Of a stretch of DNA of 43,944 nt, positions 27,499-36,547 are shown piece by piece. The translations under genes and the position numbers were made by a program. The notes under the pieces are model-generated. The model made no database searches, was not told the DNA's origin, and saw only the letters and a list, made by a program, of their open reading frames with translations. Numbering within the stretch: position 1 is the stretch's first letter; every line of letters begins with the position of its first letter. Source of the stretch: Fibrobacteria bacterium. Its GTDB lineage: Bacteria > Fibrobacterota > Fibrobacteria > UBA11236. The stretch spans positions 1 through 43,944 of the forward strand of contig JBGTHM010000060.1 of the NCBI GenBank assembly GCA_041746255.1, in the 5' to 3' direction.

Positions 27499-28470
27499 AT
27501 GAAATGGATGACTTTTTGCCACAAAGTGGACAAAACCACCGGCAATCCCAGAATGCGTGCCATGACCTTGATTCCAGGGCTACCCGTTTTATCGGGAGAT
27601 TTTGTGCTCGATTTACCGGCGTGGAGACGGTTTTTGGAGCCGAATTCGAAAGATTCAGCCTCTTTGGTAACGGACTGGTTGGACATGGACGGTGCGCTCT
27701 GGTCTTTTGCGCAGCAGGCATGGGAGCGACGTGAAGATTCCGATTTCCAGAAAATTTGGAAAGAAGCCGGAGTTTTACGGAGTTTTTCCGAAGTGGAGTT
27801 CGGAGCGCCCGTGCCGCGTCCGGGAAAAATCATCTGTGTGGGTTTGAATTATCGCGACCATGCTGCAGAATGTGGGAAGCCTACGCTGGAGAAGCCCCAG
27901 ATTTTTTCCAAATTTTCTACGGCGGTGAGCGCTCACGGTGAACCCGTTATTTTGCCCAAAGGCAGCAATCAAGTCGATTATGAGGCGGAATTGGCGGTAG
28001 TGATTGGAAAGTTCTGCAAGGGTGTCGCCCGCGCCCATGCCCTCTCGGTAGTGGCAGGTTATGCAAACCTCAACGACGTGACTGCAAGGGACTTCCAATT
28101 TGGAGACGGCCAGTTTCAGCGCGGAAAGTCGTGCGACACTTTTGCTCCCATGGGTCCCTATATCGTCACACTGGACGAGTTACGCAATCCGCTTGCATTG
28201 GATATCCGTTTCCGCTTGAATGGTGAAACCCGGCAGGAATCCAATACCCGGGAAATGATTTTTGACATACCTCGAATCATCGAATTCATAACCGAGACCA
28301 TATCCTTGGAACCGGGCGACGTAATTTCGACGGGCACACCAGCGGGGGTCGGTTATGGAATGGATCCGAAGAAATTCCTCCAACCCGAAGATCGCATGGA
28401 GGTGGAAATTGAAGGTTTGGGGTCTTTGGAAAACCGGGTTTCAGCGTCGGTTGCAGACGGTTTGGATTAG
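27499..28470 (+). CDS. Fumarylacetoacetate hydrolase family protein
   Basis: GKIICVGLNYRDH, DYEAEL, NDVTARD, GKSCDTF and GDVISTGTP motifs; GGAG SD. Confidence 0.92.
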   Translation: MKWMTFCHKVDKTTGNPRMRAMTLIPGLPVLSGDFVLDLPAWRRFLEPNSKDSASLVTDWLDMDGALWSFAQQAWERREDSDFQKIWKEAGVLRSFSEVEFGAPVPRPGKIICVGLNYRDHAAECGKPTLEKPQIFSKFSTAVSAHGEPVILPKGSNQVDYEAELAVVIGKFCKGVARAHALSVVAGYANLNDVTARDFQFGDGQFQRGKSCDTFAPMGPYIVTLDELRNPLALDIRFRLNGETRQESNTREMIFDIPRIIEFITETISLEPGDVISTGTPAGVGYGMDPKKFLQPEDRMEVEIEGLGSLENRVSASVADGLD

Positions 28471-28529
28471 CCGCCCGGGCGCCATGTTGATGCCGAACCC
28501 TTTCTGACCAAATAGCTATTTTAATAATC

Positions 28530-30878
28530 ATGAAGGCGTCGGACACAGTGGTTTCCCGTTCCTCGCTTGCGCAGCGGGTGAATCAAGTGTACCTCCACGA
28601 GCCATTCGCGCTGGTGGCTACGCTGGTGAACGCCTCCATCCTGGCCTATTTCCAAGCTCCCCACGCGTCTCGACCCCAATTGGTTTTTTGGTGCGCTACG
28701 CTTTTGGTCATCACAGCCGTTCGGTTTTTTATTCGATACGCTTTTAGAAGGCGGCCCGTTGCGCCGGAAAACGCCCGACTTTGGAGCCTCGTTTTCATTG
28801 CCTCAGTAGGGATATCCGGGACCGCCTGGGGGATGGCCGCGATGGTTTTTTTTCCACAGGACCTGATTGCCTTCCAAGTCTTCACAGCCTTTGTAATCGG
28901 AGGCATGGTGGCCGGCGCGGCCGCCGCGTATTCCCCGTTGAAGGGGGCTTTTTTGGCCTACGCCGTGCCCGCCTTGTTACCGTTGCTGTGGAGGTTCGGT
29001 TCCGAAGGGGGAGAGATTTATCCGGCCATGGCCTTTATGGTCCTTGTCTTCGGCATCTTGATCTGGAATATCTCCAAGCGCATCCAAACCATGACCTGGT
29101 CCGCCTTGGCCCTGCGGCATGAGAAACAGGAGTTGGTGGAAACCTTGTCCGATTCGGTAAGCGAAGCCCGCGCCCTCAACCAGCATCTTCGTGAGGAAAT
29201 GGACAGACGGGAAAACGCAGATCGGGAATTACGGAAATACCGGGAGCAATTGGAATCCATGGTGGCAAACCGTACGGCCGAATTGAGCCAGGCAAATCGG
29301 GAATTGGAGGAGGTTCTTGAGGAAAAGACCCAGGTAGAGAAAAGTCTGCGGGAGTCGGAAGAGAAGCACAAGCTGGTGGTGGCCCATGCCCAGGAAGGGA
29401 TTTTCGTGGTCCAGGAGGGAGAAGTCAAATTCTCCAATCCGGAGGCGCAGAAACTCTTGACCATGGGGCCTGGCGACGGAAGACAATTCGCGATAGAGGA
29501 CTGGATGGATTTTGAAAAGGGCGAGCAGGAAAATCCTCCCCTTCGCTACGGACGAAAAGGCTCCGACTCGGTAAGGACAGTGGCCCTGACTTTAACAAGC
29601 GAGTCTCGAGGCGAAGTCCAACTTGAAGTAGACTGCGTGCCCATTACCTGGGAGGGTCGCTCCGCCATTGTCTATTTTGCGCGTGATATCACCCAACGCC
29701 GCCGGTTGGAAGAACAATTGACTTTGGCGAGGAAAATGGAATCGCTGGGGACCTTGGCCGGAGGAATCGCCCACGACTTCAATAATCTTCTCATGGGCAT
29801 AGGTGGACAGGTATCCTTGATGCAGGCGGAAGTCGCACCCGATCACCCGCATGCAAACAGGCTCCAGGCCGTGGAAAAACAGGTGCTCTCGGGCGCCGAA
29901 TTGACCCGGCAATTGCTGGGCCTTGCACTGGGGGGGAGGTATGAAGTCCAAACGACGGATCTCAACCGTTTGGTGGATAAGGTGGTGTTGCTGTTCGGCA
30001 GGACCCACAAGGAAATCCGCGTACGTGCGCAACTACACCATGAACTATGGTTGGTCGAGGCCGACCGGAATCAGATAGAACAGGTATTGCTTAATATTTG
30101 CCTTAACGCCTCGCAGGCCATGCAGAGCAGAGGGAGCCTGACCCTGGTGACCCGCAATGTCGAAATCCCCGAGGCTCAAGCTATGCCATTGGACGTCGAA
30201 GCGGGTCCGTTCGTCGTCGTCGATATCGTCGATACCGGAGGAGGCATCGATAAAAAGGTTTTAGGCCGGATTTTCGATCCCTTTTTCACGACCCGGGAAT
30301 TTGGCCAGGGGGCGGGGCTGGGCCTGGCTTCCGCTTATGGCATGATTCGGAATCACGGTGGTTTCATCGAAGTAAAAACAGAACTGGGTGAGGGCACCCG
30401 ATTTTCCGTTCACTTGCCGCGATCCCTCAAACCCAATGCGGTTTTAGAGGGGGATTCGATGGGTGCATCTACGCATAGGGGGACAATTTTACTGGTGGAT
30501 GACGAGAAAATCGTCGCCGACGTCGCGGAGCAAATGCTGAAGAAGCTGGGATTCCAGGTTTTGACGGCCAAAGACGGATTCTCCGCGTTACAGTTATATC
30601 ATGACCGGAAATCCGAAATCGATTTGGTTCTCCTCGACATGATTATGCCGGGAATGGGGGGACGGGAAACATTTGATGGCCTGAAAGCAGACAATCCCGA
30701 GGTACGGGTACTCCTGGCCAGCGGTTACAGCCTGGATGAGCAAGTACAATCGATGCTACGTCAAGGCTGCGCAGGCTTTATCTCCAAGCCATTCAACTTG
30801 AGGCAATTGGGAGATAAATTACGGGAGGTTTTCGATCGGTCTCAAGGGCAGGACCTGCAAAACCATTCCCATCCCTGA
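28530..30878 (+). CDS. Membrane hybrid sensor histidine kinase (multi-TM, PAS, HisKA, HATPase, receiver)
   Basis: About six hydrophobic segments, H-box AGGIAHDFNNLL, N-box NICLNA, DTGGG, FDPFFTT, GLGL, and receiver motifs LLVDDE and LLDMIMP. Confidence 0.93.
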   Translation: MKASDTVVSRSSLAQRVNQVYLHEPFALVATLVNASILAYFQAPHASRPQLVFWCATLLVITAVRFFIRYAFRRRPVAPENARLWSLVFIASVGISGTAWGMAAMVFFPQDLIAFQVFTAFVIGGMVAGAAAAYSPLKGAFLAYAVPALLPLLWRFGSEGGEIYPAMAFMVLVFGILIWNISKRIQTMTWSALALRHEKQELVETLSDSVSEARALNQHLREEMDRRENADRELRKYREQLESMVANRTAELSQANRELEEVLEEKTQVEKSLRESEEKHKLVVAHAQEGIFVVQEGEVKFSNPEAQKLLTMGPGDGRQFAIEDWMDFEKGEQENPPLRYGRKGSDSVRTVALTLTSESRGEVQLEVDCVPITWEGRSAIVYFARDITQRRRLEEQLTLARKMESLGTLAGGIAHDFNNLLMGIGGQVSLMQAEVAPDHPHANRLQAVEKQVLSGAELTRQLLGLALGGRYEVQTTDLNRLVDKVVLLFGRTHKEIRVRAQLHHELWLVEADRNQIEQVLLNICLNASQAMQSRGSLTLVTRNVEIPEAQAMPLDVEAGPFVVVDIVDTGGGIDKKVLGRIFDPFFTTREFGQGAGLGLASAYGMIRNHGGFIEVKTELGEGTRFSVHLPRSLKPNAVLEGDSMGASTHRGTILLVDDEKIVADVAEQMLKKLGFQVLTAKDGFSALQLYHDRKSEIDLVLLDMIMPGMGGRETFDGLKADNPEVRVLLASGYSLDEQVQSMLRQGCAGFISKPFNLRQLGDKLREVFDRSQGQDLQNHSHP

Positions 30879-30917
30879 AAACCGGGATACCCCGAAACAT
30901 TATTATTTTCTCACCCT

Positions 30918-31715
30918 ATGCCTATAAACCCCTACGCCGAAGAATTGCAACTCGCCTTGAAAATAGCCTCGGAAGCGGGCGACGAAATCATGCGGCATTT
31001 CGGGGCGGGTTTAGCGGTCGAAACCAAGGCGGATAGCTCGCCGGTAACCCTAGCCGACCGAAGGGCGGAAGAGCTTATTCGGGCGGGATTCGCCCGGTAT
31101 ACTCCCGATTACGGTATTATCGGGGAAGAGTTCGGAACCCAAATCGGAAGCGCGACCCGGGAGTGGGTGATTGATCCCATCGACGGTACGAAATCTTTCA
31201 TTGCCGAGGTTCCGCTTTTCGGTACCTTGATAGCCCTTCTCGAAGACGGACATCCCATCGTGGGACTGATTGCCCTGCCGGCTTTACAACAAACCCTGTA
31301 CGCCACCCTGGGAGGAGGGGCGTTTGTAAATGGACGTCCCTGCCGTGTTTCCCGGGTTTCCCGCATCGAAGACTCCCTACTTCTCGACGGGTGCATTACC
31401 ACCGTGGAAAGCCAGGGCTATGGCGAAGCGTGGGGAAGCCTCAGGCGGCGAGCGAGGGTTCATCGCGGGTGGGGCGATTGTTACGGGCATTACCTGGTCG
31501 CCACGGGGCGCGCCGAGGTCATGGTAGATACGGTGGTGTCGGTTTGGGACGTCGCTCCCCTGGGAGTGATACTACCCGAGGCGGGTGGACGCTTCACTGC
31601 GCTGGACGGCAGCGAAACCGTTACCGGTAACAGCGGAGTCTCTTCGAATGGTCTCTTGCACGCCGAGGTGCTGGCGACCCTGAGCGCAAAAAATTCCGCC
31701 TCCCGAGCGGATTAG
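30918..31715 (+). CDS. Inositol monophosphatase family protein, HisN (histidinol-phosphate phosphatase)-like
   Basis: KADSSPVT, GEEFG, WVIDPIDGTKSF, GDCY and WDVAP motifs. Confidence 0.85.
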   Translation: MPINPYAEELQLALKIASEAGDEIMRHFGAGLAVETKADSSPVTLADRRAEELIRAGFARYTPDYGIIGEEFGTQIGSATREWVIDPIDGTKSFIAEVPLFGTLIALLEDGHPIVGLIALPALQQTLYATLGGGAFVNGRPCRVSRVSRIEDSLLLDGCITTVESQGYGEAWGSLRRRARVHRGWGDCYGHYLVATGRAEVMVDTVVSVWDVAPLGVILPEAGGRFTALDGSETVTGNSGVSSNGLLHAEVLATLSAKNSASRAD

Positions 31716-33376
31716 CCCAACAGGTTTTCGCTTTCCTCCTCAAGCTCGCGCAAGGCGAGGGGTAGGGCTGCAATCAAATCGGTGGCTACCAGTCCGAGCA
31801 TTCCGGTTTCTTTACGCGCCGTGTCGCCGGATTTACCGTGTGCAAAAGCTCCCAGGGGAGCGGCCTTTTCCACCGGCATCACGGCTAGGAAGGCTCCCAA
31901 TATGCCGGCTAAGACGTCACCCGCTCCCGCAGTCGCCATTCCGGGATTACCCACCGGCAGCAAAAGCACTTTTCCGTCGAGGCAACCATAAAGAGTAGTG
32001 GGTCCCTTGAGCAGGACGGAGAGTCCTTTGGTCTTCACCATGGAACGAACATTTTCGATGAGACCTATGGGATTCTCATAATCATATTTCCCTCCCATGC
32101 GGGCATATTCGCCGCCATGGGGGGTTGCCAGCCAGTGGGCGATATCCAATCCGGACCCGGTGAGCATCTCTTCGTTCACATACATTAATCCGTCCCCATC
32201 CAGGACTACCTTGCGGCCCGATAGGAGAGACATAAGTTTTTTTAAGAAGGCGCGAGCCGGGTCGCTTCTTCCCATGCCGGGACCCACTACGAAGGCGTCG
32301 GCCCAGGCGATGAGCTCGGCGGCTTCTTCCACATGGTCGGGTTGGAAGGTATTATCGTTTCCTTTTTCTCCCACCGGCAACCCGATGATTTCGATCATTT
32401 GCCCCGATAGGTCGGGGTAGATTCCGGCGGGAACCACCATTTTTACCATACCGGCTCCGGCGCGCAAAGCCGACTTCGCGCACATCAGCGCGGCGCCGTG
32501 CATCCCCTTGGAACCCGCGAAAACCACCACCTTGCCGACCGAGTGTTTGTGTGCGTGGTACTGGCGTTTCGGGAGATCGGCCAATGCGTCATCGATGGTA
32601 TAGAGAAACGACTGGGAAGGGCGGGAACGGAGCAGTTTCTCTTCGAAACAGATGGGACTATAACCGACTTTTCCGTAATTCGCAGTGGCGGGATAAAAAG
32701 CCGCCGAGAGTTTCAATCCGCCCAGGCAGATAGTGGCATGGGCGCGAACTGCGGTGGCGGGAAGCAGGGGTGCGTCGCACCCTATTCCCGAGGGGATATC
32801 GATGGACAGGATAGGGACTTTGCTCTGGTTCATCCCGAAAATGCAGGATTGCAACAACCCTTCGGGTTCGTTCCGGGAGCCGCTTCCCAGCAGGCCATCA
32901 ACGATGACGGTGATATCGGAGAATACCGGAAGGTCTAAGGGCGATTTTATGAAGTTGATGCGCAAGTCGTTATCGGCGAGCTGTTTCTGCAGTTTTTCGA
33001 CCTCGGGGCTGTATCCTGTTTCCGAATGGATTTGATACAGCACAATGGGGTAACCCGACTGTGACGCCAAAAAGGCCGCCGACAAGGCATCGGCGCCGTT
33101 ATGCCCTTTTCCGCACACGAATGCGATGACGACATCCTTGGGTACCGGATTTCCAATTATATCCGTTTCGCTCAGGCTATCGAGTTCACTGTCTAAGTCT
33201 TCCTGCTCTTCGTCAAACTCTTCCTCTTCCTCCCGCTCTTCGAGTAGGGTGCGGATGGTTTGAAAAACCGCCTCGCCGGCGCTTGTGATCATGTCGTATT
33301 CGCTCAGCCCCGATTGCTCGGTGGTTTTGCTCTCCACCTCCTTCATCTCGGATAGTGTGAGCACGGGAATGGTCAT
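31712..33376 (-). CDS. nnr: Bifunctional NAD(P)H-hydrate epimerase/dehydratase (YjeF/Nnr)
   Basis: YjeF_N motifs (CGKGHNGAD, VDGLLGSG, IDIPSG) and carbohydrate-kinase-like motifs (GAA, GPGMG, TPHGGE, LLKG, GNPGMATAGAGDVLAG); AAGGA SD. Confidence 0.9.
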   Translation of the reverse strand: MTIPVLTLSEMKEVESKTTEQSGLSEYDMITSAGEAVFQTIRTLLEEREEEEEFDEEQEDLDSELDSLSETDIIGNPVPKDVVIAFVCGKGHNGADALSAAFLASQSGYPIVLYQIHSETGYSPEVEKLQKQLADNDLRINFIKSPLDLPVFSDITVIVDGLLGSGSRNEPEGLLQSCIFGMNQSKVPILSIDIPSGIGCDAPLLPATAVRAHATICLGGLKLSAAFYPATANYGKVGYSPICFEEKLLRSRPSQSFLYTIDDALADLPKRQYHAHKHSVGKVVVFAGSKGMHGAALMCAKSALRAGAGMVKMVVPAGIYPDLSGQMIEIIGLPVGEKGNDNTFQPDHVEEAAELIAWADAFVVGPGMGRSDPARAFLKKLMSLLSGRKVVLDGDGLMYVNEEMLTGSGLDIAHWLATPHGGEYARMGGKYDYENPIGLIENVRSMVKTKGLSVLLKGPTTLYGCLDGKVLLLPVGNPGMATAGAGDVLAGILGAFLAVMPVEKAAPLGAFAHGKSGDTARKETGMLGLVATDLIAALPLALRELEEESENLLG

Positions 33377-33397
33377 GGAAAATCCTTTTGGAAGGTC

Positions 33398-33661
33398 TTA
33401 GCCGCTACTTTCGATGTCGCCCAGTATTTCGTCGATTTCGTCGCGCACCGCTTGTTCAAAAGGGGACGGCCGTTTTCTGTCGACTATGATGGCTTTGGAA
33501 TTGATAGCGCGCTTGAGATCGAGAATCCGTTTCTGTTCCAGCTCCAGATTCGATTTTTCCAATTTGGCCAGACGGATACGCATCAACAACTGACCGAACG
33601 AAGCGCCCGTGATGAACACGGCGGCCAGGATGGTCAAGATGAGAATAGATTCTGCGATCAT
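33398..33661 (-). CDS. Small single-pass membrane protein, hypothetical
   Basis: N-terminal hydrophobic helix plus coiled-coil-like segment; ATGA overlap with the GH57 stop; fills the gap to nnr. Confidence 0.7.
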   Translation of the reverse strand: MIAESILILTILAAVFITGASFGQLLMRIRLAKLEKSNLELEQKRILDLKRAINSKAIIVDRKRPSPFEQAVRDEIDEILGDIESSG

Positions 33662-36153
33662 GTCACCGGAGATGGGTTCAACTCGAAAAGTGATTTGGCG
33701 AAGTCGGTGTTGAAGTTGAGCCGATCCAGAAGCAAAACTGCCTCTTTGGGGTCCATTTGTAAAGAGAAAACGCCCGTATGTATTCCTTCCTGTAGGCTCT
33801 TAAGCAGGGGGTATGCGAAATTTTCCAGGCGGAACCGTGCTGAAAGTCGGATTTCTAAAGTGTCGAGTAAGTCCAATAAGGAGAAAAGCATGTGGGTATT
33901 GAAGTTTTTGAGGTCATGGGAGAGTGATTTTCCCAATTTTTCGGAAAAAGCGTGTAATTGTCGTCGGGCCGGGCCCAGACGGGGCTTTAAACCCTTGTTT
34001 TTTAGGTTTTTCGCTGCCAAATAGGCAAGATTAATTTCCTGGGGATCCTCATCGGCGATTCCCACGAGTAAATGCTGTACCAAGTGGAAATTTTCGAGCA
34101 GATTATGGGCATTACGAATGCTTTCGGGAAGAGGCGCATCCAACCTGTCAAAACTGGAAACGACCTTGCTCATCCGTTTTTCCCAGTTGGCCAATTCCGC
34201 ACCGGATTCGCGCCAGAACGAGCGATTCAAATAGGCGCCAATCCGTTCCTTAGTTTCCAGAGGTAAAAAACGCAGGGGTAAAATCGCACAATGGCTTCCG
34301 GGATCTAGACCCGCCTTGTTCGCGGAAGCTTCGCCGGCTGCCTCGGCTAAAAGCGCACCTATGGCCTGCTGCGGATTTTCGCCGGGAAGGGTGCAATAGC
34401 GGAAAGTTTCGCTTTCTATTCCCTCGCTCTCGAACAACAATGCGGCGGAGCGCTTTTCCCCACTGGTCTGATGCGTGAAGACATATCCGGTACAATTGAA
34501 TTTCCCTTTTTGCCTCCGTTCCGAGAAGGTCAAAGTCCAAACCGGAGCGACTACGCATTCCGGAGGCTCTTGCGAGAATTCCGCCGTCCATTGGTCGAGT
34601 ACCATGCAAAGTACCGGCGGCAAGGCTTCCGCCTCGAGTTCAAGGAAAATCACATCGCCGGGTTTTTCCTGGATATTGGATTTGGCTTGGGCAAGTGTAG
34701 ACAGAAAGTCGCGGCGTATCAGCGACGGATCCGCGGGAAGTTCTTCGAGAAGTTGTAAAACCCTCAGGGCATAACGCAGGTTTTGTAAGGTTTCGATACC
34801 GGTCAAATCCGCGAAAAACCAGGCGCAACTGGTGAAGGAGAAATGACTGTAACGCAGGGTTTCCATCAGTCTTAATGCGAGCGCGGCATCGGCTCCGGGA
34901 AGCAAATGACGATCGAGCCAGGTTTTCCGGCCGTGGATTTCGCCTTGCCAGGAATGCACAGCGGTGTCTTTCGCCAAGGTCCAGTCCTGGAAATGCTTGG
35001 GGCCCAAATCGTCGAGAATGGAAAGGGTCGCGCTTTCCAATCCATCCAGGGCATCGCGGAATGGGGCGCGCCACTTCTGATTCCACCCTTCCCGGCCTCC
35101 CACTGAGCAGCCACAGTCGGCTTTCCATCGGTCCACCCCATGGGCGCAGGACCAAGCGGTGCCTTCGCCGGTGAAGTTCTTGAGCCGGACTTCGTACTGG
35201 GGAGGAAAATGCGCCAGATACCACCCGTAATTGACAGGTTGCATTTCCAACTGTTTCGCGAGGGTATCGAATAAGTAAGCCGCACACATATCGCCGAAAG
35301 GTTCGTGGTGGCCATAAGATTCACCATCGGTGGAAACCGAGACGAGTTGCGGCGCGGGGTCCCCTTCATCGAAAGCGCTGTGAATGCGGTGCCCGAACAA
35401 TTGCGCATCCCGCAGCAAGTGTTCGAATCCAACCCCAAGCGAAAGCGGGCCGTCGTAAAAGAATATGTCGAGATAACCTTTTTCCAGGGGTGTGCCTTCG
35501 TCGTCTACCGGAAAAACCCGATAAGGCATGCGGGGGTTGATGGTATTGTGCGAAACGTCGGTCCATCCCTCCCCGTGCAGGGGCCGGATTTTTTGCGCCT
35601 GGGTGGGGGAAAGTACGGTGAAACGGATACCTTCGCGGATAAGGTTACACACCGTGGAGGCATTAATGGCGGTTTCCGCCAGCCACATGCCTTCGGGCTT
35701 GCGTTGGAAGCGGGACTCGAAGTCGGCTATGCCCCATTTGATTTGCAGTCTTTGCTGTTCGGGAGTGGCCAAAGGCAGGATGATATGGTTGTAAACCTGG
35801 GCCATGGCATTTCCATGGCCGCCCAACCTTTCCACGCTGTCCCTGTCGCCTTCCAAAATACGGGCATAGGTTCCGGGATGGTTTTCCGCCATCCAGTTGA
35901 ACAGCGTGGGACCTATATTGAAACTCATATACGCGAAATTGTTGACAAGCGACTGGATGCGCCCGCGCCCGTCCAGTATGCGCGACGAGGTATTGGGTGC
36001 GTAACATTCTTCGAATATCCGCTCGTTCCAGTCGTGGTAGGGAGCGGCGGATACTTGCAGGTCTATTTTACCGCTGCAGGGGTCTTCGCGCGGCGGTTGG
36101 TAGAAATGCCCGTGGAGGCAGAAGTATCGTTTCGGTTTCTTGGAATGGGGCAT
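33658..36153 (-). CDS. Glycoside hydrolase family 57 protein (DUF3536-type)
   Basis: HGHFYQPPRE, GMWLAE, TDGESYGHH, AWSCAHGVDRW and FTSCAWFF motifs. Confidence 0.88.
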   Translation of the reverse strand: MPHSKKPKRYFCLHGHFYQPPREDPCSGKIDLQVSAAPYHDWNERIFEECYAPNTSSRILDGRGRIQSLVNNFAYMSFNIGPTLFNWMAENHPGTYARILEGDRDSVERLGGHGNAMAQVYNHIILPLATPEQQRLQIKWGIADFESRFQRKPEGMWLAETAINASTVCNLIREGIRFTVLSPTQAQKIRPLHGEGWTDVSHNTINPRMPYRVFPVDDEGTPLEKGYLDIFFYDGPLSLGVGFEHLLRDAQLFGHRIHSAFDEGDPAPQLVSVSTDGESYGHHEPFGDMCAAYLFDTLAKQLEMQPVNYGWYLAHFPPQYEVRLKNFTGEGTAWSCAHGVDRWKADCGCSVGGREGWNQKWRAPFRDALDGLESATLSILDDLGPKHFQDWTLAKDTAVHSWQGEIHGRKTWLDRHLLPGADAALALRLMETLRYSHFSFTSCAWFFADLTGIETLQNLRYALRVLQLLEELPADPSLIRRDFLSTLAQAKSNIQEKPGDVIFLELEAEALPPVLCMVLDQWTAEFSQEPPECVVAPVWTLTFSERRQKGKFNCTGYVFTHQTSGEKRSAALLFESEGIESETFRYCTLPGENPQQAIGALLAEAAGEASANKAGLDPGSHCAILPLRFLPLETKERIGAYLNRSFWRESGAELANWEKRMSKVVSSFDRLDAPLPESIRNAHNLLENFHLVQHLLVGIADEDPQEINLAYLAAKNLKNKGLKPRLGPARRQLHAFSEKLGKSLSHDLKNFNTHMLFSLLDLLDTLEIRLSARFRLENFAYPLLKSLQEGIHTGVFSLQMDPKEAVLLLDRLNFNTDFAKSLFELNPSPVT

Positions 36154-36275
36154 GTCAGCGCTTAAAATAGGTTTTTCGGATGTAGAGGTGGGCGCTTGGC
36201 ATTAATTTTCCTTCCATGGTGAAACCGACTCAACAAGGTAGCAATACCTTCCCGGGCAGCTCCTTGCAGGGGTCC

Positions 36276-36521
36276 TTAATTCCAGGTGAATTCGGAGCCG
36301 TTTGTACTCAGGATTTTCTTGCCTTGCATTTGCGATTGCAGCAATTCGGTACCTTGTCGCAGAATGGTTTTGCGTGAATCTTCATTCGGGGTGAACCACA
36401 ACTCTCGCCCGTTATCGATGCGGACATAACATTTGTCGGCTATTTTGGATACGCCCAGCATTATTTCCAAGGTGGCGCGGTGACCGTCGACCATTACGTT
36501 GCGAATCCAGCGAATGCTCAT
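36276..36521 (-). CDS. Small hypothetical protein (81 aa)
   Basis: GAGG SD 8 nt before ATG, no overlap with neighbours, same orientation as the flanking genes, globular-looking composition. Confidence 0.7.
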   Translation of the reverse strand: MSIRWIRNVMVDGHRATLEIMLGVSKIADKCYVRIDNGRELWFTPNEDSRKTILRQGTELLQSQMQGKKILSTNGSEFTWN

Positions 36522-36547
36522 ATTCGATACCTCATTAGGGGTTCACG

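Noticed and set aside
27339..27833. 165-aa N-terminal extension of the PP2C protein in the ORF track
   Set aside because: It overlaps the divergent FAA hydrolase gene and has no domain features; the long starts listed for the TPR gene (38434), pyrF (42762), ftsQ, murC and ftsW were shortened for the same reason.
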